From: a virus
Taxonomy: Duplodnaviria; Caudoviricetes
DNA: 64,000 nt
Direction: 5' to 3' (one strand)
IMG/VR virus record: IMGVR_UViG_3300046717_000225
Span: 15,320-79,319 of that record
Position numbers and translations under genes: made by a program. Numbering within the stretch: the first letter of the stretch is position 1; each line of letters starts with the position of its first letter. Below are positions 9,149 through 18,112 of this stretch, in pieces. The notes beneath the pieces are model-generated. The model was not told the origin of the DNA and ran no database searches. It saw nothing but the letters and a program-made list of their open reading frames with translations.

Positions 9149-9867
9149 AGGGTCCACCCCCGCATCTCCGGCTCCGTGGCCTCGTCGTCCAACCAGGACA
9201 GGTACGCCCGTCCGATCCACTCCGTGTAGGCCGGGGGCAGCGCCTCCCGGAGGCTGAAGTGGTCCTTCGACCAGTCGATCCCCTTCGCCTCGCGCATCTC
9301 GGAGACCGTGGCCTTGCCCCCGCCGTTGCCGTACGCGGCGACGTAGGGGCCGTGGAAATACTCCCCGTGCCGCCAGCCACGGATCCGACCCCGGTGCTTG
9401 GGGTGGGCCGGCTGTGCGGTCGTCCAGCCCCCCAGCTCGAAGTAGCGGTGCATGAGGACCCCCAGGCCGAACTGTTCACCGCACAGGCGGACGTCCTTAC
9501 GGACCTCGGACCCGGGCACGTTCTCCATGGCCCAGGGGCGGCCGGTGGATTCAAGGGCGGCCCGGGTGGGGGCGATCAGCCTGGGGTGGACACGCCCCAG
9601 TTTTCGGTCACGGGCCGCGTTCGTCCCCTTGGCCGGAGAGCCTTCGCCCTGGCAGGGCGGAGAGGCGTGGATGAAGTCGTACTCATGACCGTGGGCGCGG
9701 ATGTACTCGATGGCGTCGCCCTGGACGAAGACGTCCCCGCAGTACTCCCCGGTGTCCACCAGGTCGATCCCGGTGACGTGGAGGTCAGGGCCGAACGCGT
9801 TCCTGTACCCGGCCGTCGATCCGCCTATCCGGCAGTACGCGTCCAGGAGTTTCCAGGGTCGTCTCAT
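9145..9867 (-). CDS. compact DNA cytosine-5 methyltransferase-like protein
   Basis: LLDAYCRIGG (motif I variant), ASPPCQ (motif IV catalytic Cys), ENV (motif VI), EALPPAYTEWIG (motif X-like). Confidence 0.72.
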   Translation of the reverse strand: MRRPWKLLDAYCRIGGSTAGYRNAFGPDLHVTGIDLVDTGEYCGDVFVQGDAIEYIRAHGHEYDFIHASPPCQGEGSPAKGTNAARDRKLGRVHPRLIAPTRAALESTGRPWAMENVPGSEVRKDVRLCGEQFGLGVLMHRYFELGGWTTAQPAHPKHRGRIRGWRHGEYFHGPYVAAYGNGGGKATVSEMREAKGIDWSKDHFSLREALPPAYTEWIGRAYLSWLDDEATEPEMRGWTL

Positions 9868-10037
9868 CCGTTCGCACCCCACAGCATGTTGATCAGCTCG
9901 GTGAGCAGGGCGAGGTAAGCACGCTTCTCGCTCTGGCCCATGGACAGGATGACCTGCTGGGCACGGACCCGGTCGCCTTGGACGAGGGCGTACAGGGCGT
10001 GTGTGCGGGCGTCGGCCGTCACCTTGGGGACGATCAT
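9864..10037 (-). CDS. hypothetical protein
   Basis: 57 aa; ATGA overlap with the MTase start. Confidence 0.55.
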   Translation of the reverse strand: MIVPKVTADARTHALYALVQGDRVRAQQVILSMGQSEKRAYLALLTELINMLWGANG

Positions 10038-10044
10038 GTGTCCC

Positions 10045-10410
10045 TCACGCACGGCTCAGCTCCAGATATTCCGTGATGTGCTGCGGCAGGGGTGTGCTGC
10101 GGTATTTGATCCCGTCGTAGGGTCCGCACCAGTGCCAGCGGTACGTGAACTGCTTGATCCCCAGCTCCATCAGGGCGACGGCACGGTGATGTCCTTCGGA
10201 CAGGAGAACGTGCCGGCTGCGGCGTCGCACCCTGAGGATGAGCGGCTCCAGCAGGCCCTCTTCAGAGATGCTGGCCAGCAACTCGTTCAAGATCCGCCGG
10301 TCGTCCGGAAAATGCTTGATCTCGTGGCGGGCCGTGGGCCAGTCCGGGTAGTCGCCGGGCTCGATACAGCCGTCATCCAGCAGGTCCACCGGCAGGGTCG
10401 GGTACTTCAT
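10045..10410 (-). CDS. ParB N-terminal-like domain protein
   Basis: LLASISEEGLLEPLIL...LSEGHHRAVALMELG. Confidence 0.7.
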   Translation of the reverse strand: MKYPTLPVDLLDDGCIEPGDYPDWPTARHEIKHFPDDRRILNELLASISEEGLLEPLILRVRRRSRHVLLSEGHHRAVALMELGIKQFTYRWHWCGPYDGIKYRSTPLPQHITEYLELSRA

Positions 10411-10583
10411 CCGTTCCTCCGGTCTACTGCCTCGCGCTGGCCGATGAGCAGCCGTGCCTGGTCGAACGCGTTGAGCAGGCGGGCGCGCTCCTTCGGACGC
10501 AGGGGAAGGACAGCGGTCAGCACGTCCTCCTCGTCGCCGTTGAGGGCGGCGGTCAGGACGCTGAGGTACTTGTCCACGGTCAT
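10407..10583 (-). CDS. hypothetical protein
   Basis: MTVDKYLSVLTAALNG...; ATGA overlaps. Confidence 0.55.
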   Translation of the reverse strand: MTVDKYLSVLTAALNGDEEDVLTAVLPLRPKERARLLNAFDQARLLIGQREAVDRRNG

Positions 10584-10897
10584 GCCTCCGGGTCGCCGAC
10601 GGCCTTGCGGACCACGGCGGGAACGAGAGCAGGCCACACCTCGTGAATCCACTCGTACGCCCACTCGTCCCCGGCCCGGCCGGTCGAGTCCAGATCCTCG
10701 AACACGGCCTTGAGCGCGGCTTTGACCTTGTCGAAGGTCAAGGCCTGCTCAGGCGGGAAGACCTGAGCGTGCACGCCCGGGGCAGGGCATTTCAGGCCCG
10801 GGTACGTGTGCCCGGAGCAGGCCCACTTCGGGTGCCCGAGGCCGATCCATTCCTGGACCATCTCGTCGTGCCTGCGCTTGGCTTCTTCGAAGCTCAT
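10580..10897 (-). CDS. hypothetical protein
   Basis: GACCAAGGAGG RBS; first gene of the leftward operon. Confidence 0.65.
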   Translation of the reverse strand: MSFEEAKRRHDEMVQEWIGLGHPKWACSGHTYPGLKCPAPGVHAQVFPPEQALTFDKVKAALKAVFEDLDSTGRAGDEWAYEWIHEVWPALVPAVVRKAVGDPEA

Positions 10898-10933
10898 CCG
10901 TTCCTCCTTGGTCGGTGGTCGGGGTCGTGTTGA

Positions 10934-10963
10934 GGGTATACCCCGACTGACACAGGGTATACC
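10934..10963. promoter_or_regulatory. divergent sigmaB-like promoters
   Basis: GGTAT-N15-GGGTAT on both strands (plus 10935-10960; minus 10963-10938). Confidence 0.55.
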
Positions 10964-10992
10964 TTGATGTACCCGACCTACAGGAGAAGAAA

Positions 10993-11175
10993 ATGGAGCG
11001 GGAGTACATCACCGTGGAGGAGGCGGCGGAGCTGGCCGGGGTCAAGGTCATCACCGTCCGCAGCTGGTACAGGAAGAACAAGATCACCAAGTACCTGGTC
11101 CGGGGGCGGCTCGTCCGCCTCGACCGGGCCGAGGTGGAGCAGTACAACCGGCCCAAGGCAGGGGCGGACGCATGA
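10993..11175 (+). CDS. small HTH DNA-binding protein (excisionase/MerR-like, HTH_17)
   Basis: YITVEEAAELAGVKVITVRSW...RLVRLDRAEVE. Confidence 0.8.
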   Translation: MEREYITVEEAAELAGVKVITVRSWYRKNKITKYLVRGRLVRLDRAEVEQYNRPKAGADA

Positions 11176-11414
11176 ACCCGGCCCAGAAGAAGGAGCAGGA
11201 CGAGGTCACGGAGCACGAGCTGTTCCGGTTCCTCGGCGGGGACGTGCTCGCCCGGAGAATCACCGGGGCCCTGGTCCGGTGGGGCTGTATCGACACCGTG
11301 GAACAGCTGCGCGAGGAGTACGGCCTGTACGGGCCCGACGGCCTGAACGACATCCGCCTGATCGGCGGGAAGGCCATCGACCGGATCGCGGAGAAGCTGG
11401 GGGCCCGTACGTGA
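11172..11414 (+). CDS. RNA polymerase alpha-CTD-like (HhH) protein
   Basis: RITGALVRWGCIDTVEQL...LNDIRLIGGKAIDRIAEKL resembles RxxNxLxxxGIxTvxxL...LxxixNxGxKsxxEI. Confidence 0.5.
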   Translation: MNPAQKKEQDEVTEHELFRFLGGDVLARRITGALVRWGCIDTVEQLREEYGLYGPDGLNDIRLIGGKAIDRIAEKLGART

Positions 11415-11887
11415 GCCCGATCAAGGCCATCCCGGTCCGGGCGTACGGCTGTCACTTCAGGTCCACGCTCGAATACCGCTGGGCAACCTTCTTCACGGCC
11501 GCCGGCTTCGACTGGGAGTACGAGCCGGAGGGCGCGGCCCTGGACGCCGGGAACTACCTGTGCGACTTCCGGATCACCGGGCCGAACGGGGTCCGTGTCT
11601 GGGTCGAGGTGAAGCCGAAGCTGGAAGTGGACCAGCCGGATGACCCGCGCTGGGCGGAGCTGGCCGCGAAGAGCGGCATGATGCTCTTCACCGTCCGGGG
11701 CATGCACCGGATCCACGACCGGTGTGAGAGCGCCCACAGCGCCCGTGTGTGGATGCCCGACGGGACGGTGGCGGACGTGCACCGGCTCTGGCAGGGGAAA
11801 CAGTACGAGGCCGCCTGGAACGCGGCGAGCGAGGCCCGTCCGGACAGGCCGGGCAAAGGACCAAGGAGAAGGAGGGGGAAGAGGTGA
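11411..11887 (+). CDS. PD-(D/E)XK nuclease, paralog 1
   Basis: IKAIP...FRSTLEYRWATFF...WEYEPEG...YLCDF...VEVK. Confidence 0.75.
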   Translation: MSPIKAIPVRAYGCHFRSTLEYRWATFFTAAGFDWEYEPEGAALDAGNYLCDFRITGPNGVRVWVEVKPKLEVDQPDDPRWAELAAKSGMMLFTVRGMHRIHDRCESAHSARVWMPDGTVADVHRLWQGKQYEAAWNAASEARPDRPGKGPRRRRGKR

Positions 11888-12621
11888 CCATCAAGGCCAT
11901 CGAGACCCGGTACGCGGGGTGCAGGTTCCGGTCCCGGCTGGAGGCGCGCTGGGCCGTGTTCTTCGACTCTCTCGGGGTCGCCTGGGAGTACGAGAAGGAG
12001 GGGTTCGAGACTCCGGATGGCGGGTACCTTCCGGACTTCTGGCTGCCCAACGGGGGAGGCTGGTGGGAGATCAAGGGGGAAGCTCCTTCCGAGCACGACC
12101 TCAACCGGTGCCGCTGGGTCCCTGGCCTGTGTGTCCTTGTAGGGGACATCCCTCGGGACATTGAAAGCCCGGACACGATCCAATGGCTCATGTACGGCTC
12201 CTGCTCAGACTGTGAACACGTGGGGCCTTGCTTCTGCGGGCATGGGAGCGTCTTCTGCCGGTGTGCTCCGGGACAGGAGGCGAAACGCTGGTTCACTGCG
12301 AGCTGGGACGAGTACTGGCCGTTCGGGGACAACCCTCGGCGGGTCTCCGACCAAGAGGCCCTGAACAGGGCCAGGTCTGCCCGGTTCGAGCATGGGGAGT
12401 CCGGAGCCCCTAAGGCTCAGCCCCCCAAGCGGGCTGCACCCCTGCACACGCCAACCGATAACCCGTTCAAGCCCCGGGGTGTGCTAGGTGAGCCCGAGGG
12501 GACGGAGCCCTGCTGCTCACGCTACCCATTTGGCTGTGACCACATCTGGTGCCCCCGCTGCAATGACTGGGGCAAGGACACCGGGTCCGGCTGCTCCAAG
12601 CATGCCAACCCGTCCTGGTAG
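11884..12621 (+). CDS. PD-(D/E)XK nuclease, paralog 2, with Cys-rich inserts
   Basis: IKAIE...FRSRLEARWAVFF...WEYEKEG...YLPDFW...WEIK...ARSARFEHGE. Confidence 0.75.
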   Translation: MTIKAIETRYAGCRFRSRLEARWAVFFDSLGVAWEYEKEGFETPDGGYLPDFWLPNGGGWWEIKGEAPSEHDLNRCRWVPGLCVLVGDIPRDIESPDTIQWLMYGSCSDCEHVGPCFCGHGSVFCRCAPGQEAKRWFTASWDEYWPFGDNPRRVSDQEALNRARSARFEHGESGAPKAQPPKRAAPLHTPTDNPFKPRGVLGEPEGTEPCCSRYPFGCDHIWCPRCNDWGKDTGSGCSKHANPSW

Positions 12622-12637
12622 ACCAAGGAGCCTGCGC

Positions 12638-15600
12638 ATGACCATGGAAATGGCTCCGGCCGACCTGCTGCCCGGACACGCTCGTGAGCTGGAGGAGAGC
12701 TGTATCGCGCCGCAGGTACGGGACCGGCGCCGGTACGAGACCCTGTACGACACGGAGGAGAGCCGGGCCCGGCTCAAGGAGCTGCGTATCCCCCGCTGGG
12801 CCTGGCGGGACCCGATGGCGTTCCCGGGCCTTCTCATGCCCATGTACCGGGTGACGGGAGAGGAAATCGGGCACCAGTTCAAGCCCGCTCTGCCGCAGGA
12901 GGCCCCCGGGGGAAAGCTCCAGAAGTATGCGAGCCAGACCGGTGTGCCCAACCGGCTGGACGTGCCGCCGGCGGTCGCGGACGACGTACGTGACCCGAGC
13001 AGTCCCCTCTGGATCACCGAGGGTATCAAGAAAGGGGACTGCCTGGCCTCCCTCGGCAAGGCCGTGATCACCCTGACCGGGGTGTTCAACTGGCGGTCCA
13101 AGATGGGCACGCTCGGAGACTGGGAGGACATCCCGCTCCGGGGCCGCACGACGGTCATCTGCTTCGACTCAGACGCCCGGGACAACCGGAACGTCCTGGG
13201 GGCGATGCAGAGGCTCGGCCGCTGGCTGGAGAGCAAGGGTGCGGCCGTCCGGTACCTGATCGTGCCGGGCGAGGTGGAGGGTACCGAAGTCAAGGGCGTG
13301 GACGATTTCTTCCACGCGGGCGGGACGCTCGAAGCCCTCGGCCAGGCCAGCATGGACCAGCTGCCCAACGAGGCCCGGGACGCGACCTTCACGGACAGGG
13401 TGCTGGCCGACACGGTGTGCTCGGAGGAGCTGGACGGCCGGTTCAGGTGGGCGTCCGGCCGGGGCTGGATGCAGTGGACGGGCAAGGTCTGGCGCGAGGC
13501 CACTGAGGTGACCGTCACGGAGACGATCAGCCGGTGGGCCCTGGAGCAGTACCACCAGGCCGTGGACCAGCAGCACAACGGCACGGGGAGGGACCTGGGC
13601 TCCGTTGTGGAGGGCTGGCGCGGGATGCTGAGCGGGAGCCGGGTGGGGGCGGTTCTCCGGCTGGCCAAGGGCGTCCTGGAGTGTGACGCGGAGGCGTTCG
13701 ACCGGGACCCGGACCTGATGAACTGCCCCAACGGAATCGTGGACCTGCGGACGGGGACACTCACGCCGAACGACCCCGACCTGCTGATGACGAAGATCAC
13801 GGGGGCGGAGTTCGTCAAGAACGCTGAGCACCCCGACTGGGCCAAGGCCCTGGAGGCCCTGCCGGACGACGTGGTGGACTGGTTCCAGCTACGGGTCGGA
13901 CAGGCATTGACAGGGCACATGACGCCGGACGACACGGTCGTCATCTGTCAGGGCGGGGGAGAGAACGGCAAGAGCACAGTGTACGACGGGCTGGCGCTGG
14001 CAGCCGGGAAGTACCACGTCCAGGTGAGCGACCGGGCGATGATGGGCGGCGCGACGGACAACCACCCGACGGAGATCATGGATCTGATGGGGGCCCGGTA
14101 CGCCGTTCTCGAAGAGACCCCCGAGGCCCGCCGGCTGGACACCAACCGGCTCAAGAAACTGACCGGGACCCGGGAGATCACCGGACGGCGCATCCGGCAG
14201 GACCCGGTCACCTTCGAGGCGACGCACACCATCTTCATCAACTCCAACCACAAGCCCGTCGTGGACGAGACGGATCACGGCACCTGGAGGCGGCTGGCTC
14301 TGCTGGCGTGGCCCTACACGTTCAGGAAGCCCGGACAGGCGCTCCACGGGGCCAACGACCGTCCCGGGGACCCGACCCTGCGCGACCGCATCAAGCTCGA
14401 TCCCCAGGTCCAGGAGGCTGCGCTGGCGTGGATGGCGGCCGGGGCACGGCGCTGGTACGAGCTGGAGAAGATCATGCCCGAGCAGCCTGTCCGTGTGCAG
14501 GCCGACACCCTCGCGTGGCGTAAGACGGCCGACCTGATCCTCGCCTTCGCCACGGAGGTCCTGGAGTTCGACCGGGACAGCTTCATTGCCTCCACGGAGC
14601 TACGGAGCGTGTTCAACGACTGGCTCCGGGAGAAAGGGGCGAAGGAGTGGGGGGAGAAGACTTTCAGTGCCCGTTTCGGAGGGCACGACGCGGTCACGCA
14701 GCGAGGCGTGGAGTACAAGATCGTACGTAACGGTCCGGGGCTCAGCACAAAAGCCCTTAATCCCCCGTCCGGGAAGACTCTACGCGTATGGGCTGGAATA
14801 CGCTTTTCGGGCCTACCCCCGTGCGACCGGGGTAATTCGGGTGAATCGGGCCCACCCCAGGTCAGCGGACCCACCCAAGATCACGTTACGCCTGTTACGC
14901 CAGATCCTGTAACCCCCCTAGAAGTCACCCACGCGAGTGTTATACCTGCGACGCGTAACAGGCGTAACACGATCTTGGATGAGTACGGTCCGGACCCGTT
15001 CGAGCCCGAGCCGGCCGAGCCCGCACCCCCCGTCCTCAACGGCCCGGTCGCGTTCGACCTGGAGACCCCGAGTGCGAAGGAACTGTTCACGTTCCGTAGC
15101 GGAGAGCAAACGCCCTACGCCCGGCTGAACGGGGTCCTGGACGGGGACGGCAAGGAGATCATCACGACCGACCCGGCCGAGCTGGTCCGCCTCCTGACGG
15201 CCGCTCCCGCCCTGTATGCCCACAACGGCTACCGGTTCGACCTGATGGCGCTCGCGTGGCACCACGGGGCCGACTACGACGCCCTCGCCGCTAAGACGTG
15301 GGACACCTACGTGGACGAGACCGTGCTGGACCCTCCGGGCGCCAAGGGCCAGAAACCCTGGGCGACGGAGGGCTACTACGGGCTGGACAAGGCCCTGGAG
15401 CGCCGGGGCGAGCCCGGCAAGACCGATCACCTGCCCGCTCTCGCCCGTGAGTTCGCGGCCGATGGCCTGACGGGCAAGGCGGCGGAGGAGGACGGATACG
15501 GAAAAATCCCGCCGGACAACGCCCGATACAACGCCTACCTGTCCGGCGACCTGAAGGCTCAGGACCGGCTGTACCGGACCCAGCAGGCCGACCCGGACCG

Positions 15601-16930
15601 CATGGAGTACCGCCGGCGTGAGCAGCGCGTCGCCCACATCCAGAACCGGATGACGCTGTCTGGCTGGAAGGTCGACGTCCCCCTGCTCGCCCGGTGCGTC
15701 CGGGAGGAGGCCGACAAGGTCCGGGAGAGCCTGGGCTGGCTGAACGAGAACTGCGGCATCCCGCTGACGAAGTCGGTCGGCACCGGCCGGGGCAAGAACC
15801 GGACCTTCCGGGACGAGCCCGTGCTGAGCCCGCTCACGACGACCGTCGGCCGGGAGGCGGTCAAGGCCGCGTTCCGGGACCGGGGGCTGCCGTACTTCCT
15901 GGAGACCGAGAGCGGCGCGCTGGCTCTGAACAAGGACGCCCTGGGAGAGGGCAGCTACATGGTCGGCAAGGGTGCGGCCGGGAAGCTGCTGCCCGGCCTG
16001 CTGAACCCGGCGCGCATGGCCCGGCTGCCCGGGGCCGACTGGGAGGCGATAGCGGAGATGGCCGGACACATCCGGCTCGTCACCACCGCCGTGCAGAAGT
16101 ACCAGGAGATCCAGGGCTTCCTCCTCGGCGACCGGGTGCACGCTCACGTTGGCGAGACGCAGGGCAGCCGTCGCTGGGCCATGGTGAAGCCGAGCATCAC
16201 CAACCTGGGGAAAAGAGGCGGCAAGGTCGTGCAGCGGGCGCCATTCATCGCCGACGACGGCTGCGTGCTGATCGCCTTCGACTTCGACCAGGTGGACATG
16301 CGCGCGTTCGCGGGGCACTGCGGCGACCCGGAGTACGTCGGCATGTTCCTGCGGGAGGAGGACCCGCACTCCATGGTCGCGGACATGGTGTTCGGCAGGC
16401 ATGATGGGGACTGGCGCGAGCACGCCAAGGGCGCCGGCCACGGCTGGAACTACGGCCTCAGCGTCGGCGGCATGGTCAACCAGGGCATCGAGCGTCCCCT
16501 GGCCGAGCGGTTCGACGCCGGTATGAACGAGAACTACCCGGTGCTCTGCTCCTGGCGGACCGAGGTCCGTGCACGGGCGGCGGACGGCCAGCTCCTGGAG
16601 AACGGGTTCGGCGCCCTGCTGCGGTGCGACCCGGCCCGTGCGTACACCCAGGCTCCGGCCCAGATCGGCCAGGGCACGGCCCGGGACATCATGTGTGAGG
16701 GCCTGCTGCGCCTGCCGCAGGAGTACGTGCCGTGGCTGCGGGGCGTGGTGCACGACGAGGCCGTGTTCAATGTGCCCGAGGGCCGGGTGGAGGAGTGCGT
16801 GGAACGGGTGACGGCCGCCTTCACGATGGACCTGGCCGAGATCACGAACGGACGGTTGCACTCGGTGCCGATTGTGGCCGGGGCGTCCAGGCCGGGGCAC
16901 GACTGGGCATCTTGCTATTCCAAGGACTGA
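12638..16930 (+). CDS. primase (Toprim/DUF3854-like)-SF3 helicase-3'5' exonuclease-family A DNA polymerase fusion
   Basis: WITEGIKKGD/FDSD (Toprim), GGGENGKST (Walker A), FDLET/HNGYRFD/YLSGD (Exo I-III), DFDQVDMR, REHAKGAGHGWNYG, VHDEAV (PolA motifs A, B, C); single open frame. Confidence 0.88.
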   Translation: MTMEMAPADLLPGHARELEESCIAPQVRDRRRYETLYDTEESRARLKELRIPRWAWRDPMAFPGLLMPMYRVTGEEIGHQFKPALPQEAPGGKLQKYASQTGVPNRLDVPPAVADDVRDPSSPLWITEGIKKGDCLASLGKAVITLTGVFNWRSKMGTLGDWEDIPLRGRTTVICFDSDARDNRNVLGAMQRLGRWLESKGAAVRYLIVPGEVEGTEVKGVDDFFHAGGTLEALGQASMDQLPNEARDATFTDRVLADTVCSEELDGRFRWASGRGWMQWTGKVWREATEVTVTETISRWALEQYHQAVDQQHNGTGRDLGSVVEGWRGMLSGSRVGAVLRLAKGVLECDAEAFDRDPDLMNCPNGIVDLRTGTLTPNDPDLLMTKITGAEFVKNAEHPDWAKALEALPDDVVDWFQLRVGQALTGHMTPDDTVVICQGGGENGKSTVYDGLALAAGKYHVQVSDRAMMGGATDNHPTEIMDLMGARYAVLEETPEARRLDTNRLKKLTGTREITGRRIRQDPVTFEATHTIFINSNHKPVVDETDHGTWRRLALLAWPYTFRKPGQALHGANDRPGDPTLRDRIKLDPQVQEAALAWMAAGARRWYELEKIMPEQPVRVQADTLAWRKTADLILAFATEVLEFDRDSFIASTELRSVFNDWLREKGAKEWGEKTFSARFGGHDAVTQRGVEYKIVRNGPGLSTKALNPPSGKTLRVWAGIRFSGLPPCDRGNSGESGPPQVSGPTQDHVTPVTPDPVTPLEVTHASVIPATRNRRNTILDEYGPDPFEPEPAEPAPPVLNGPVAFDLETPSAKELFTFRSGEQTPYARLNGVLDGDGKEIITTDPAELVRLLTAAPALYAHNGYRFDLMALAWHHGADYDALAAKTWDTYVDETVLDPPGAKGQKPWATEGYYGLDKALERRGEPGKTDHLPALAREFAADGLTGKAAEEDGYGKIPPDNARYNAYLSGDLKAQDRLYRTQQADPDRMEYRRREQRVAHIQNRMTLSGWKVDVPLLARCVREEADKVRESLGWLNENCGIPLTKSVGTGRGKNRTFRDEPVLSPLTTTVGREAVKAAFRDRGLPYFLETESGALALNKDALGEGSYMVGKGAAGKLLPGLLNPARMARLPGADWEAIAEMAGHIRLVTTAVQKYQEIQGFLLGDRVHAHVGETQGSRRWAMVKPSITNLGKRGGKVVQRAPFIADDGCVLIAFDFDQVDMRAFAGHCGDPEYVGMFLREEDPHSMVADMVFGRHDGDWREHAKGAGHGWNYGLSVGGMVNQGIERPLAERFDAGMNENYPVLCSWRTEVRARAADGQLLENGFGALLRCDPARAYTQAPAQIGQGTARDIMCEGLLRLPQEYVPWLRGVVHDEAVFNVPEGRVEECVERVTAAFTMDLAEITNGRLHSVPIVAGASRPGHDWASCYSKD
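14877..14976. repeat. inverted repeat with GTTAC/GTAAC iterons (putative replication origin)
   Basis: GTTACGCCTGTTACGC (14885-14900) is the exact reverse complement of 14953-14968; flanked by AAGATC/GATCTT; locally lower GC. Confidence 0.6.
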
Positions 16931-16940
16931 GCACGGGCCC

Positions 16941-16978
16941 GGTTCGTCCGGGCCGGGACAGGGTACGATTTAACTAAA
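16941..16978 (+). promoter_or_regulatory. sigmaB-type promoter plus TTTAACTAAA operator driving the modification operon
   Basis: GGTTC-N15-GGGTAC, then TTTAACTAAA (16969-16978) and CCAAGGAGG RBS. Confidence 0.65.
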
Positions 16979-16992
16979 GGTCCAAGGAGGAT

Positions 16993-17439
16993 ATGATCAT
17001 GACCGCCGGACAGATCGTCTCGCTCGTCCTCGGTCTCGTGCTCGGCCTGCCCTTGATCGGGCTCGGTCTGCACATGGCCGTGGGCGACACGCGGCACACG
17101 CTCTGGCCCCGGGGACTGCGCTGGTTCCCGCCCGCCTGGGACAGGCTGTCCGACCGGACCGAGCGGCTCCTGTGGCCCGACCGGGACCTGTTCCCGTCCA
17201 GCCGCTACACCCGGTACCTGGAGGAACTGGACGACTCGTTCAAGTACTCGGTCAAGCTGTACGGCACCTGCCCCGAGTGGACCGGCAGGGACGATCTGCA
17301 CGGCCGCTGGATCTCTTACGGGCGGGAGACGGACACCTGCTCGTGCGGCTACGTGCGTGAGTGCGCCCTCTGGTGCGGGGACGGGCATGAGACTGGGCAG
17401 TGCCCGGACGACCATGGACGGGGCATGCGATGGGGATGA
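16993..17439 (+). CDS. membrane protein with Cys-rich C-terminus
   Basis: N-terminal hydrophobic helix; CSCG...CALWCG. Confidence 0.6.
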   Translation: MIMTAGQIVSLVLGLVLGLPLIGLGLHMAVGDTRHTLWPRGLRWFPPAWDRLSDRTERLLWPDRDLFPSSRYTRYLEELDDSFKYSVKLYGTCPEWTGRDDLHGRWISYGRETDTCSCGYVRECALWCGDGHETGQCPDDHGRGMRWG

Positions 17440-17678
17440 TCCGTAAGATCCTTCGCGCAGCGGTCGCGCAGCCCTGGGACTACATGGGTGAGGGGGCTCC
17501 GAACGAGTGGGAGTTCCGCATCAGCCCGGATGAGGAGACCCTGGCGGTGTACAACCCGAACCACGGCCGCTGGGTTCTCTTCCACGACGTGGTTGTACAG
17601 GCCGAGGTGAAGACCAAGGAGATGGACCGGCGCACGGACGACTGGGCGCGGTACGTGGAACAACTGGACGAGGAGTAG
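17436..17678 (+). CDS. hypothetical protein
   Basis: ATGA overlap; MIRKILRAAVAQPW... Confidence 0.6.
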   Translation: MIRKILRAAVAQPWDYMGEGAPNEWEFRISPDEETLAVYNPNHGRWVLFHDVVVQAEVKTKEMDRRTDDWARYVEQLDEE

Positions 17679-17681
17679 ACC

Positions 17682-17939
17682 GTGTTCGGACTGAGTGAGG
17701 CCGACTGGAGCATTTTCTTGACCGGCGTCATCGTCGCCTCGTACTTGCTGTTCAGCAAGTTGCTGAGCGTGGTCCGGGCCCGTGGCCGCCGGGTCATCGT
17801 GCGGGTGGACGAGCAGACCGTGATCGACGTCCGGGGCATGGGCGACGATCAGGTGTCGCACCTCGTGCGGAACCTGCGCGGGGAGGACCGGACCGTGGTC
17901 CGGATGCAGAAGGCAACGGCGGAGGACGTCCGGCAGTGA
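17682..17939 (+). CDS. membrane protein
   Basis: One TM helix; GAGGAG RBS. Confidence 0.6.
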   Translation: MFGLSEADWSIFLTGVIVASYLLFSKLLSVVRARGRRVIVRVDEQTVIDVRGMGDDQVSHLVRNLRGEDRTVVRMQKATAEDVRQ

Positions 17940-18112
17940 CCTGGACGGCCCGCAAGAGGCACGGCCGGTGGCACTGGGTATGCACCTGGTGCTCGCCGGC
18001 CGTTTCCGGTTCCACGGCCGCCTTCGGCCGCCTGCTCGTCAGCCTGCGGCATCATGAACGAGTGCGCCGGTGCCATCACAGGCATGTGGCCCGATCAAGG
18101 AGAGTCAAGTGA
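17936..18112 (+). CDS. small Cys/His-rich protein (58 aa)
   Basis: MTWTARKRHGRWHWVCTWCSP...HHERVRRCH; fills gap with GTGA overlaps at both ends. Confidence 0.5.
   Translation: MTWTARKRHGRWHWVCTWCSPAVSGSTAAFGRLLVSLRHHERVRRCHHRHVARSRRVK

Noticed and set aside
10993-11175. Excisionase implying a prophage or integration module
   Set aside because: No integrase or att-flanked host genes in the window; HTH_17 proteins are common in lytic actinophages
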